Assembly: GCF_009914755.1 (NCBI RefSeq)
Contig: NC_060931.1
DNA: 64,000 bases
Source of the DNA: the human T2T-CHM13v2.0 reference genome, Homo sapiens
Reading direction: 5' to 3' (one strand)
The first letter of the stretch is position 1. Each line of letters begins with the position of its first letter. Shown piece by piece: positions 18,038 to 39,434 of this stretch. The notes beneath the pieces are model-generated. The model saw only the letters and a program-made list of their open reading frames with translations, had not been told where the DNA came from and searched no databases. Made by a program: the position numbers and the translations under genes.

Positions 18038-20378
18038 AATAGAGATGTTTGAATCTCAGGATGCTCCCATCCCTGCCCCTGCTCCCTGCCTTCCTTAGTT
18101 CTCCAAGAAATCCTGTCTCTGACTCCCCCATCCAGGCTTGGAACCCTGGAGGCTTCCTCGTAGGGCTGCGTAGAGCAGGTGGGGAGGGCAACTCCACAGC
18201 CCTAGTCACCTGTGAGCTGCGTAGACAAGAGAATTTTCCAGCAAGTAGAAGTCAAGTGTCCTGGGGAAGGTCTGATTTGCAGAGTCAGGGTTTAGTTCAA
18301 TGATTGGGCTTCCTGGACTCCCTCCTCTCCTTGTCCTTCCCAATCAGTTGCCAAGCCCCCAGCTGTTTCATTAAGAAATATCTGAATCCTCCTCCACCGA
18401 TCACTGTCCATTTTCTCACTAGTCTCATGCTTCAGCCCTACTTCCTAGATTCCGGTAGGGATCTCCCAGTGGGTCTCCCTTGCTGCTGTCTCCCCCCGTC
18501 CCAGCCCCCCATCAGCTGTCTTTCTCGACAGCACTTGGCGCCCATCCCTTCCTCTTCCACCCTGCTTCCCATGTGAGCTTGACACATGCACGCTGCCCAC
18601 CTGTACATGCATGCACACGTGCCTGCTCCACAAGACGCCGCCAGCAAGTCCTGTGGCCTGTCCTGTGGGCAAAGTCCATGATCCTCAGCCTGGTATCCAG
18701 AGACCCCCCTGCCGGCCCCTCCCTACCACTTCAACCTTATCTCTCACCATCCTGCTTCATGAATCTTGTGCTCCAGCCAAACTGGTATACTGGTAAAACC
18801 CCGATAAGATAAGCAAGTAAAATTAGAGCCCATAAACCCGGAACAGGTACAGGCAGCCACGGGGTGTCCAGAGGACGCAGCTTTAGTAACTTCAAGTGCT
18901 CAGGGGTGGGAATGGGTACACTCCAGTCTTTGAGTTAAATAGCATGAAAGTGAGATGATGTGGAGAACTGAACTAATTACTCAAGGACTCAAGAACTCAC
19001 TGCTCTCTCTGCACCTCTTCTTTTCTTTATGGTATTTCACTCATTATATCCTTCTTAGAAAATCTAGGTTGAGAAATGATTTTATGGTTATTTCAATAAA
19101 CTGATATATTTTATAGAAAATGAGCCAGGTTCTTGGATTATGGAAACAAACCTTAATTTATGTCAAGTGTTCTTGCAGAAAGAGTGGTGCCACCTACCTT
19201 CATAACCTGAAGAGCACCATTGTTACCTGATGGCAGCTACCTAAAACACAGGCAGTAGTACATTCATTCATTTCAGAAACATTTCGTGATCACCTACTGA
19301 GTGACAAGCAGGCATTCTCCCAGTCACTGGGGATACATTGTTGAACCAGATATAACTCTTCTTCTCAAAAAGCTTACATCTAGAGTGTTGGTAGAGGCAA
19401 GCTCACTGAGTAGGATTGGGGTGCTGTGGCAGGACACGGATCGACAATGGATCATCTCTGGGAGGCCCTGGAGGGTTCCTTGAGGAGGTGGTGGCTACTC
19501 TAAGTCCTGAAAATGCACAGAAAGGAGCCTGCCTTGTTAGGAGAGGGTGAAGGTATAGGATGGCACAGGGCCTGTTGTAACTCAGGTGGGTGCAGGTACA
19601 AGTCAGACTGGGGTTCAGTACAGAGACCACCAGTACAGACAGGGATGGAACTAGGATCAGTAAAGACAGGGACTTGGCTAAATGTTCAAGGTATGAAGGT
19701 GTTGGCCAGGCTGTTCTCTAACTCCTGACCTCAAGTGATCCACCTGCTTTGGCCTCCCAAAGTGCTAGGATTATAGGTATGAGCCACCACGCCCAGCCTC
19801 CCTCACTCAGTTCTTATTTCTATACTGCCATTCTAGGTGGAGACTGGTACCATACCACCTGCTGACATATTCCCTTGGAGGCAGCTGCTGCCAAAACTTA
19901 GGATTATCTTCTACTTGAGGGTTTACCATTATTGGGCCTGTGCCTGGGTCGCAGTGCCCCCTTTGCAGGCAGAGTGAATATTTCTGATTTACATTGTTCA
20001 TTGGAGTGTGGAGAATTGAGCCTTGATTCAAGTAGAAACCACGTTCTCAGAGGGTCCAGCTGGGCTGGTGAGATGAATACCACACATAGACGGCTCCAAT
20101 GGCTTCATGGAGCTGGGGGAAGGCTCCTGGTGGCACATGTAGAGCAGACCCCTGGTAGCAACTCAGCCTCCTGGAGAGAGAGTTGGGAATACTGGGTCAG
20201 ATGCCATCATACCAGCATCTCAGAGGCTAGTCCCTCTCCATCCCTGATCCCTGAACTAGCTACTGGGCCTTGGCTTTTTAGCAGAGGGCTGCAATTGCCA
20301 CCCTCCAGCCTGTTCTAGTGGCTTGTTTCCTATACAGGAATTGGTGAATTGAGGACATACCCAGAATGGGACCCCACC

Positions 20379-21090
<712 letters not shown>

Positions 21091-23639
21091 TCCCCAACTC
21101 AGCTCTTATTTCTATATTGCCATACTAGGTGGAGATTGGGGCCCTACCACCTGCTGACATATTTCCTTGGAGGCATCTGCTGCCAGAACTTCGAATTATC
21201 TTCTGCTTGAGAGTTTCTATTATTGGGCCTGTGCCTGGGTCACAGTGCCCCCTTTGCTCTGTAGTGGGACTTCCTGGTCCTGACAACTTGCCTGAAATGC
21301 CATTTGTGATCTTGCTGTCAAACTCTGGATTCTAACTTTTGCTTTCTGAGCATGCTGTCTGTCTCCTTATGCCTGCTCCCACTCTCACTCCCAGTGACTA
21401 GGAGGTGAAAAATGACTGTTCCAGGCACCAACTTGCCTGAAAGCTCTAAGACTTGCCTTAAGGCAGTCAAGCCGTCTGCTGACTCTCCACTTTTGCAAGG
21501 AGAACTACGTCTAGTCATCAACATGTAGCCGCATCCAGCCATGAGGAGGGGCGGGAGAGATTTGACAACATCTCAGGAAGTGCTAACATCTGACAAGCTG
21601 AGATCATGGGTGTCATAAATTGATAGAGAGGCTGAAATGAGAAGGAGATAGGATGGGCCATGTGTGGTTAGCAACATCAAGAGCAACTTGTAGTTGACAA
21701 CCTCATTGCTCATCTTCTGCTGACACATACAGCCAAAGTCTGAATGGTGGCATTGCTTCAACTCCCCTGCTGTGTGATGGGGGCACCTGATTGATGTTGA
21801 CACGCCAATGTTGGGCTATCATCGGAGGAGGTCTGTATTAATTTTAACAATGAAAATAGACGGGTTACAGTTACCCTAAATAGCATCAAGTCACCCCACT
21901 TCATAAAGCCCTTCAATGGCTTTCCTTTCCTTTTGGAAGGAAGTAGTGCATTTTTCACATGGTCCACTGGGTCTTAGATGTCCTGACCCTACCTTATCTC
22001 TCCTGTGTAGGCCAGTCCTACCCTTTCTTCTGCTTAATGCCTCCCAGCCATGCTGGTGTTTTCTACATTCTTCATGCGCACCCAGCACAGTGCCAGGCAC
22101 CCTGTACAAATTCAATAAATAATTCTTGGATTAATGAATAAGAGGTCAATCAGGAGATGGCTGCAATCTAATGAGAAACCATGGAGCTGATATTTGGGTG
22201 GGTGTCTCTAAATCTAAGCCCTAAGAAACCTTGCTCGTTCACTGTTCTAGTGTCTTCCCATTGCCTAGAACAGTCTCCCATGCCCAGTAGATGCCAAGGC
22301 ATTTGTTGAATCAACGAAATGAAGTAGAATGAATGGATAAAAGGAGTAGTGACCAGAATGAGGGAGACTTCATAGGCAGGACCAGCAGGGCTTGCTGACT
22401 AACTGGATTTTGAGATGAGGGGGCTGAGAGAAATCAAGGATGATCCCAAGTTTCTGGCTTGGGGCTGAAGGGAGGAAGGTACAATTTACTGAGACGGGGG
22501 AGATGGGATGAGGTTAATGGAGAAAGGAGGCTGCGGCAATGAGTCTAGCTTTAGATTTTTTGAGTCTGTAGCATCTGTAGGCTGGTTGTCAGAGGATGTC
22601 CAGTGGGCAGCTGGATATATTGGTCTGAAACTCAGGAATGACAATTGGGCTGGAGAGAATAGATTTGGGAGTGAACAGCCTGTGATGTTAACAAAAGCCA
22701 AGTGAGTGGATGAGATTGCAATGTGATAGGTGGTGTGGTTGTACAATGATGTATAAAATATGGTCCCTGCCCTCAAGACTAATACAAAATCAAGATATGA
22801 CATAGACCTTAAAACTGTTTATGAGCCCATCCATATCTCCATAGCAACCTTGAAGCAGAGCGATAGCTCTGCCCTTATCACAGGCAGGGGAAACACACAG
22901 ATGGCTGCTGTCTCCCACAAGTCTCCCACTGCAGGAGATGTTTCCTCTTCCCCGTGGGACCCACAATGAGTGGCACCTGCAAATTCCACTCTTCTAGCCA
23001 GTCCAAACCCGAGTCTTCTTCCGCGTCTCAGCCATGGGGCCGAAGAGAGGGAGGGGGACGTCAGAATCAGCCCTTTCTGTCCAAACCCCCTTTTCTCTAG
23101 GTCTTGTCTCTCTACACCCTCCACTTTGCCAAAGCCAGGAAGGAGGTGGCCGTAATGACCACATTGCCACTTTCCCTTGGTCTTTCTGTGGCACGAATGC
23201 TGTACGTCGTTTCCTGCTTCCTGCAACTGTCCGCCAGTGGCTTCAGTGGAAACAATCACAGACCTCGTGTATTGAGTGCTCCCTGTGAGCCAGAGCTCCA
23301 CTAATCAGGCCACACGAGGAATTCATTTTCCTCTCAACCATCCTAGGCAGTGTGGACAGTTATCACCACTTCACAAATGAGAAACCGAGGCTCAGAGAGA
23401 TCATTTTGGGTTCTAAGATTGTCTAAGCTAGAGTATGGAAGGGGTAGGATTTGAACACAGGTCATTTGAAAACAAAAAGCTGCATCCTTAAGCAGTAAAA
23501 TAAGGTTCCTCAGCTAATGGTCCTGTTGTCTGCTTGCTCTCTCTTATACTCTTTCTCTCTCTCTCTCTCTGGTTATATCTGTTGAATCTTTTTCCAGGCA
23601 TCTCTTTGGTATTGCCCTGTAAGGCTGCTCTTCTTGGTG

Positions 23640-24670
23640 TTGGTTCCCCCACCCTCAACTCCGTGCTTCCCTTCTCAGCACTCTACCTGTTCTCTGTAGC
23701 CCACTTTTATCCCTATGGCTTTGCCCCATCCACAAGCAAATGGCTCTCAAAATGAAAATTATTTCCCTACTTCAGATTTTTCTCCTGACCTCTACAGATC
23801 TGGCCATCTCCCGAGCATCTTAATCTGTGGGGCCGCAAGAGGCCTCGTGCTCAGCGTGCAGAACACTGAAGCCACGATAGCTTCCTAACACTTGCTTCCT
23901 TCCCCGAGTCCCTGTCGTACTGTATGGCACTATCATGGGCTCACTCAACAGAGCCGGACATTCAGGGGTGATCCTTGACGTCCCCCTCTTCTTCATCCCC
24001 ACACTCAATCAGCAACCAAATACTATGGATTCTGCCTTCCTAGTGGTCTTAAAAACCAGCCCTCTCTTGCTCATTTCCACATCCACTGCCTTATTCAGGC
24101 TGTCATCCCCCACCTAGCTGACCCGCAGCCTCCTGGCTGGTCCTCATGTCAGGTAGAAAGCATCCAATCTGCCTCCTGAGTGATATTTCTAGAAGCCAAT
24201 CTGATCACGTTGCTGCTCAATTTTACCTCCTGCTCTGGCTTTCCCTGACCCTAGCATGAAAGATGAACTTCTTGGTATGGCCCGCAGTGCCTTGCATATC
24301 TCCCCGTCCTCCCCACTCACCCCAGTTTCCCATGCCTTTGAGCAAGCGTCAGCCATGCTCCCTCCGACAAGCACATCTATCCTACTCTCTTCTGCTTGGT
24401 GAATTCATCTGCACAGTCTAAGCTCAAATGTCATTAGATTCAAACCTTTTGCCGATCTCCTGTCCTCCTGTTTGTGTCCGCTCTGTGCCCTGCATGTATT
24501 TGTGTGCCATCATAACTATAAGACGGACGGAACTTAGGTGATTATATGTCTATTTCCTTATCCTGGAAGGTGAGCTCCTTGTTGGAGAGATGTGGGGCTT
24601 ATACACTGGGATTCTCATCTACTGCCAGGTCCCCAGTGATTATTCAATAAGTGTTTTCTAGAAGAAGGAC
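23640..24670 (+). mobile_element. L2 fragments
   Basis: L2 ORF2/3'UTR motifs such as ggggtgatccttgacgtccccctc and gtgagctccttgttggagaga. Confidence 0.65.
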
Positions 24671-25649
24671 TGAAGGAACAGAGGAGTCCTCCTAACCTGA
24701 TCTCCCGCTCTCAGAAATGGAACAGAGTCCCTAAAAGGATCATATTGAAGAGACTGGACTGCATTGGGGGTAGCCAAGGTTTTCATGCTTCCAAAGGGCC
24801 CCTAATATCTTTTGTAAGGAGGTGAAGCAGACCCCAAGCTCATACCACCCGTCCTCTTTCTTCCCTCTAGCCACTCTGCACCCTGGAGGTAAACATCAGA
24901 ATAAACGATATCATAACCGTGGGCTGGCTCGGTGAACTATGAGTATTCTAAACCAAGATGTGATCTTAGATTTAGTGGGAAAAAAACACTGCATGTAAAG
25001 CCAAAAGATTCGGGCTTGAGCCTGGCCTCTAGGTTGTGTTACATGTATGACCTCAGGTGGTCGTGGGACATCTCTGAGCTCCGGTTTTATCAACCTGGGA
25101 ATGAAAAGTATTGGTCACTTACTTCCTGGGGTTGCTCTGAGGCTGAGTAAAGTTAGAGAATTTCTTGGTACTTGTATGGTGCTGAGGAAGCTCCATTGTC
25201 CCTTTACCCAGCATCCTTCATGGCAAAGAGAATGTGCCTGCTGACACCTCTTTCAGCCTCTGTTTCAGCCTCTGCCTCAGTCCTTGCCAGAGACGTCAGG
25301 CTTAGCACAGAGCAGCTGGGAGCCTTCAGCAGAGAAGGAAGGCACCGCTTAGACATCTGCACGGGCAGTTTTTAAACATAGGGAACATGAAGGAAATACC
25401 ACAGAATTTATGGAGTGAAAGCTTTAAAAAGAAACACAAGTCTGAAGTCAAAACAGTTGACTCAATTCTAGGGGAGATGTCTGCCTGGAAGTAGGAGTGG
25501 GGGAAAAAGACTTGGAGTGAGTGGAGACAGGGTAAGCAAAGCTCTGTGGGGAGCCCTACAAAGTGGGGCAAGTGGGCACCTCCCCGCATGGCTCGAGACG
25601 GAAAGTCGGTCCTGCCTGTACACAGGGTAGCACTTACCAGCATTTTGGA

Positions 25650-26423
<774 letters not shown>

Positions 26424-28563
26424 GAGTTGATTTTTTTTAATAGACATATTAGTAAAAGAAAAATATACAGAAAATAGTGAAATTATGGGAAATATGGCAA
26501 CTGTCTGACCTTCATCCTAGAAAAACCCTGATCAGTGTCCCTGTATTGCATCACAGGTACCAAAATTGTAATACATCCTTCATCATGCTACTGTCCCAGT
26601 AAAAACCCCGAGCATCTCTCATTTCTTCCCTTCCACTCCATCCTGGCTAATTTACTGTCCACAATTCACAGAGTATTGTCTCCACTCTGCGCAGCCACAG
26701 AATGGATGTGGTAACGTCTCCATGGCATTTATGGTTTCTACAAATCACAAATCACATATGAAGGGCTCCAAGAATATTAGAGGAATGAGCCAGTTAACTC
26801 AGCGCCCATGGGGGAGCTGGCAACTCCCCAAGAAAGCTGGACATCTCCAAGCTGGCCACCAACATTCTATAGCCTCTCCATGAGCAGGGTGGGAGCTGTG
26901 CTGGGTGCACAGTGCCATGTCCACAGGTTGATGTGAGGGGCACGTTCTAAATCAAGTGCCTGAGAAGGGCTTCGGAGACCTAGATCCTATCCCTAAACAA
27001 CTATGGGACAGTGTACCGGTCACTTTCCCTTTCTGGGTTTCTGTTTTCACCTCTGTAAAAAAGAGTAAGGCTTGGTCAGTGTTTCTCAAAGCACTCTCCT
27101 TGGAAAACTACATCTGGTATATGTTATAAATGTCCCTGAAGAGGCCTTTGTGGTAAAATACACTTGAGAAATGCAGCTCTCTGCATCGTGCTCTTGGAGA
27201 TTTCCAATGCATATTAGCAGGTTAGAGTCTCTGAGGTCTGGCAGTAAATAAACTTACTTATCAATGCTTATACCAGCAATTCTCATGTTTATTTCACCTT
27301 GGCATCCTTTAAGATATTTTTTTTCTGAGCATCTTGGTTATACATACACTGAGTTAAGTGTTATCCACAGTCACTGCTCGCTCCCTGAATCCGTGACCAC
27401 GATGAGTCACCCTCCATGCCACCCCCTCCATGCTGCCGGGCCATCATCCTGCAGTGTTCCTGTGGCTGAACGTGGATTATTTCAGGTGACCCCTGGAAAA
27501 AACGAAGCTCTGTTTTGTGAGAGAGAATGGGTTAGCCTCTCAGTACAGATCCCGATGGAATGGGATGAAGGAGAGGTAGCCTACTGAAAAAGGAGAGGGG
27601 TGGGGAGTCTAAAAGGGCTTGAAATGCAGCCAGGAGCAGCCAGATGGGGTGGTGCAGTTGGGGGACACTAAGTAGGAGTGACATGGAGGGACACTAATAA
27701 GCAGGGAACTACAGAGGAATAATTTTCATAATACGTCTGTTAAAAACAGGGAGGCAGGGCAAATGGTCAGAAGGAAAGGAAGGTTCTTGGCACCTGTGCG
27801 GTTCACTATCTTATTTGTGGCTGTAACTCATCTCTTCCCCTGGATTTAAATACCAAATTTATGTTGATGGCTTCCACGTTTGAATATAATCTTTCGAGGA
27901 AGAGCATGGGCTTTAGAGTCATACAGCCCATGCCTCAGTTTCTTCCTCTGTAACTTGGGGCTAACCATAAGATTTACCCGCTAGGTGTGTGTATGAGGAT
28001 TAAATGAGTTGACACATAGGAAAGCTCCTAGAATAACTAGTGTGTAGTAAGCACTCAAATGACATGATCATGATCAATTGTTATTATTCATATTTTCAGC
28101 CATCAGTGCTCTCTGGCTCGACACCTCCACTCAGATGTCTCCAGGGCATCTCAGGCTTAACAAAACTGAATCAGAATTCTTGATTTTCCCAACAATACCT
28201 CACCTTTCCCAGACTCCCTGTTTCAATGAATGGCACCTGATATACCTGTAGCTCAAGTTTGGAACCTGAGGGTCAGGTGTGGTCCTCCTTTCCCCTTCCC
28301 TTTCATATGCACCCCACCAGGAACTTCTGCAGAGCATGAACCCACCCCCAAAATATATTTCAAGTCCATCTACTTCTTCCCACCTCCCTCTCTCCTCTAG
28401 CCAAGCATCCCTTCTCTCTGGGTGAAGGCAGCAGCCTTCTGTGTGCCCTCCCTGTCTTTTCTCTCACTCCTTTCCAGGGAATCTGCACCTGTGACCACAG
28501 CCTTCTGTAACAAATGTACCTGTGACCATCCTAAGACCTGTGGGGGCACAGAAAAGGAAGCCC

Positions 28564-29928
28564 ATAGCTACCCCTGCTGGCTTTTGGTGTCCATTTGCAT
28601 GAAGTGTCTTTTTCCACCCCTTTACTTTAAGTTTACATGAGTCCTTAAGTGTCAGGTGAGTCTCCTGAAGGCAGCAGATAGTTAGTTGGTGAGTTCTTAT
28701 CCATTCTGCAGTTCTGTATCTTTTAAGTGCAGCATTTAGGCCATTTACATTCAGTGTTAATATTGAAATGTGAGGTACCATTGCATTCATCGGGCTCTTT
28801 GTTGCCTGTGTACTTCTTTGTTTGTTTTTTGCTTTTGTTTTTTAACTTGTATTTTTGTTTTATAGGTCCTGTGTGATTTATGCTTTAAAGAGGTTCTGTT
28901 TTGATGTGTTTCCAGGATTTGTTTCAAGATTTAGAACTCCTTTTACCAGTTCTTGTAGTGGTGGCTTGGTAATGACGAATTCTCTCAGGATTTGTTTGTC
29001 TGAAAATGACTGTATCTTTCCTTCATATATGGTGCTTAGTTTCACTGGATACAAAATTCTTGGCTGATAATTGGTTTGTTGAGGAGCCGGAAGACAGGGC
29101 CCCAATCCCTTCCAGCTTGTAGGTTTTCTGCTGAGAAATCTGCTGTTCATCTGATTGGTTTTCCTTTACAGGTTACCTGGTTCTTCTGTCTCACAGCTCT
29201 TAAGATTCTTTCCTTTGTCTCAACTCTGGATAACCTGATGACAATGTGCTGAGGCAAAGATCTTTTTACAATGAATTTCCCATGTGTTCTTTGTACTTCT
29301 TGTATTTGGATGTCTAGGTCTCTAGATGGCTGCAGAAGTTTTCCTTGATTCTTCCCCCAAATATGTTTTCCAAGCTTTTAGAATTCTCTTCTTCCTCAGG
29401 AACACCAATTATTCTTAGGTTTGGTCATTTAACATAATCCCAGACTTCTTGGAGGCTTTGTTCATATTTTCTTATTCTTTTTTCTTTGTCTTTGTTGAAT
29501 TGGGTTAATTTGAAGACCTTGTCTTTGAGCTCTGATTTTCTTTCTTCTACTTGTTCAATTCTATTGCTGAGACTTTCCAGAGCATTTCACATTTCTAAAA
29601 GTGTGTCCAAAGTTTCCTGAATTTTCAATTATTTTTTCTTTAAGCTATTTCATTGAATATTTCTCCCATTCAATATTGGGGGATTGTGTTGGGAGAGGAG
29701 GGTCTCCCTTTCCCACTTCCGCAAATGGGGCACTCACAGTATTTGGAGTGTCTTCTGGGTCCTGCAGGAGCAGTCTGGTTCCTTCAGAGAGTCTGTGGGT
29801 CCTTTTGGGATTGCTGGTTTTTTCTTGCAGTTGATCTGGAGCTAAAATTCACCATGGAAGCCTCCAGATGCTGCTCTGTCTGAAGCTGCAATCTAGTCCT
29901 GCCACCCAGCCACTATGATCCCCTCCAT
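28564..29928 (-). mobile_element. L1PB 5' portion (deleted 5'UTR/ORF1 start, ORF1 remnant, ORF2 start), 3'-truncated
   Basis: ORF 28464-28790 MNAMVPHISILTLNVNGLN..CCLQETHL is the L1 endonuclease start; close inverted copy of 33262-34645. Confidence 0.92.
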
Positions 29929-30457
29929 CTCTCTGTCTACTTTAGTCAGATAAGCTCAAAGCTAGAACAAAGGACCCATATATGAGCCTACGGATCTGCC
30001 TTCAAACACTTGAGAAGCCCTCCAACTCACCATGAGAACACTGACCCCAATCGGGATCTTTGCTTTGCTCCAACAGCCAGACACTCAGAGAGGTCCTCAG
30101 ACCCAGCAACTAATGGACTTGGTGGGATGGTTGTCCTCAAAGCAGCCAGCATTTTTATCAGGCTGGCGTCTGGTCCTGTATTTTTCTGGGATATTCAGAA
30201 TCTCTTGACATGTATCTTCACTTAATTGTGAATTTAAAAAATTATAGATGGATGTAGATATAGATATAGATATAGACATAGAGATAGATATAGATAGACA
30301 TTTTGGAGAAGAGTCTCTCTTTGAAGACTTCCTCTCAGAGTACAAGTCCGTGGTTACAACCATTTTGTTTCTCAGCAAACATGGGGAAGTTTGCTTTTCT
30401 TCTCTGAGGAAGTTAATATAAATGTTTATTGACAGTGCAGTCATCAAGGAATAAAGT

Positions 30458-30468
30458 TGCTGATTCAT
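30458..30468 (+). promoter_or_regulatory. NF-E2/Nrf2 (MARE/ARE-like) site of the TBXAS1 promoter
   Basis: TGCTGATTCAT is a near match to TGCTGA(G/C)TCAT; TBXAS1 is an established p45 NF-E2/Nrf2 target. Confidence 0.85.
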
Positions 30469-30584
30469 TCCTTTACACTGAAACCCTTTGTTGTGCCCTC
30501 CTCTTCCTTCCTCTTTATAGGGAGACACTCTGAGAAAGAGCACATTGTGGGGGCCCACTCCATGTGATGTTTGCTTGGTTGCCT

Positions 30585-30604
30585 GTTCCCTTTTCTACCT
30601 GCAG
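30585..30604 (+). promoter_or_regulatory. 3' splice acceptor inside exon 1, suited to upstream-promoter TBXAS1 isoforms
   Basis: gttcccttttctacctgcag|AGCACGG; exon would start at 30605, 79 nt before the second ATG. Confidence 0.75.
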
Positions 30605-30620
30605 AGCACGGTTCCCATAA

Positions 30621-30773
<153 letters not shown>

Positions 30774-32940
30774 TAAGTGCAGCCAGCCCTAGGGACTGTG
30801 ACAGCGTCAGCCGTCTCACCCTGGAGCCTTGCTGGTGCCATGGCGGGGTATGTGGGAGTGTGTTTTTCTTCTTTTCTAATCTAGCGGGAGTGAGTATTAA
30901 CACAGCTTCAGAATTAAAAGCAAACAGCCAGGTTAATCTTTTGCTAAAATGCATGAGATTGAAGTGTCAGGAAAGGCTGGTGATTCAGTGACTGAGAACG
31001 CTACACATAATTAAGTTTGAAAGAGATGGAAAAAGAAACAAATTGGAAAGGCATTAGGTTTGGGTAGAAGCATTTCCTTGAACCCCGTCATATCTCCTCA
31101 CCTCATTTTTCTAAAATCCTCTGTCCTTGTTGGATTTACAGTGAATTCAGCCTCTTGGTTCATATTACATTCAAAACAAAACAAGACGTAGGAGCTGTTT
31201 GGCAAATGTGGGCCTCTTTGCAGGAAGTCATTGAGGGGGATTTCTGTAGGGTTAAGGACAAAGTGGTAGATCTAATTTCTCATAGTTGATAGAGGGAGAT
31301 GGATTCTGATGAACATAGTGTGTGCAGCTCCTACAAAATTTGAGACCCTGAAAGGATCTCAAACTTGAACTCCGAGTTGCTCCCCTGTGGTTTTGTTAAT
31401 TCAACAGCAAATTTTCCTAAGCCTGACTCTGGTGTCTGTAGGTCGAAGGCCTCATAATATGCTACATTTATGCATATTCGCCCTGTCAGTTAAACTTATT
31501 AGAGTTACCCATTCAATCAAAAGCACCTGGATTTAGATGGCTCTGGCTTTTGAGGGCAAAGTGAGTGGAAAAAATAATGGAGAACTGGAGTCCGAACAGA
31601 ATTTTAATTTATGTTTTCAGTAGTAATAAAGCCTTCTCTAGATTAATAACTGGGAAAGCACTTTGAAAAGCATCAAGCATTATGCAAATGTGAGGTATTA
31701 TTCTTTTGGAATTTGCATAGCTGAGAGTGGAATTCACGTTTGATGTTCTATGATGATGAAATTACTTCTTGGAAATTGGCTCTGAAACCCAGCCTCAGTC
31801 CCAGTGCTGTTTTTCTTTTTAACTGGTTTAATTTTTTTTTTTTGAACTTTTTTATCTCATTGTAGCTTACCTTGGATTGAAACTGGCCACATGTAAAACC
31901 AAGAGCAAATGGTAGCTCCTTCCCTACCCCCAGCCCCCAATAATCCATCTCAATGTGTTTTTATGCTCCGGGAAGCCCGAAGCACAGTGTCTGACATGCA
32001 GAAAGTGCTTAGTCGATGTCAGCCACTATAATTAACCATCTATCATCTATGTAACCTAAAAGAAAATAAGTCTTTAGTGGTTTAGGTTTATTTTTAATTT
32101 CTTACTAATGTGCTTATTCATATTAATCTCATCAATAGCTATGCTCTGACTGTGGTTCTCAAAGCGGACACTTTTTTACACTTTTGTTTCAGTCTTTGTT
32201 GTGTCTGAGCCTCCAGCTCAGTGCCTGCCATGTAGGAACACCACACCATTCAGCAGGGCAGCTATGTGTTTGCTGTCTATTCTTGGGCCATATTAATAAC
32301 CTGGTTCAAAGATGCAGAGATTAAGATAAATGTACCAAGCAGAAGTGGTAAACAGGAAGTGAGAGCTGACTTCTATTTGTTATTGCAAAAATATTTATTA
32401 ACCTGTTAATGTGTGCCCAGTCTGGAGGAGGCCCTGGTACAAGGTCAGGAAGCAGGAGATCTGGAGAAGGTGCCCAAGGCAGGGGAGACACAGAGGTTCT
32501 GGGGGTGAGCTGGATGTCTAGAGAGGATACTGCAGGAGGAGCAGAGGCAGCAGGAGAGAGGTCACGGCCCTGGCTCTGGTGCTTTTGGGTCCATCCCTTG
32601 ATTCAGTGCAAGGGGAACCACCCTTGGGCTTTCAACCCTTCTGTTCCGGGTGAGACTCTAGTCAGCCACTAAGCAACAGCCACCAGCTTGAATGAGGCAA
32701 GGCCCCCTTCCTGCTTCATTGTCTTGAAAGGATATGTGTGGAAGAGACAGGGGTGCTTTTCCTCCAGTGAGAGGATTCACAGGCAAGGAAAGATGGAGGT
32801 GTAGAGACACTTGCAGGAGAAACTGGCAGGGGGAGTGGATTAAACATTGCAGCACATTAGTCTTTGCTTTAAGTGTTACATGTGCCATCCAGCCAGGTGA
32901 GATGGCAGCAGAGAACCTAAACCCTGAGAAGGTGAAATCA

Positions 32941-39142
<6,202 letters not shown>

Positions 39143-39376
39143 AGGCACACCAAGGTTGCTTCTTGTGCTCTCAACCAGCCTGTGAGTTCTCTAAGGGTGA
39201 GGGCCAGGTCTCCTATCTCATTACAGTTCTGGAATCTTCTGCCAATGGCAGGGATGCTCTGCTAGCATGTGGTTGAAGGTGGTAAAGTCAAGAAGTCCAC
39301 AACCATCAGCCCCGCCCCAGGACTCACTGTGGGTCTCCTGCTCCTTCAGCGGGCCCCCTGTCGCTCTCTCCCCCAC

Positions 39377-39434
39377 AAACCCTAAGGCCTCCTCCAGAAA
39401 GCTCCTAGAACTGATAAAAGAATTCAGCAGTTTC
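39377..39434 (+). repeat. 58-bp orphan copy of L1 ORF2 segment 37166-37223
   Basis: aaaccctaaggcctcctccagaaagctcctagaactgataaaagaattcagcagtttc differs from the source at 2 positions. Confidence 0.9.

Noticed and set aside
31680-31720. Two inverted octamer motifs (ATGCAAAT / ATTTGCAT)
   Set aside because: The first lies in what looks like a decayed MIR3 tail; no other support.
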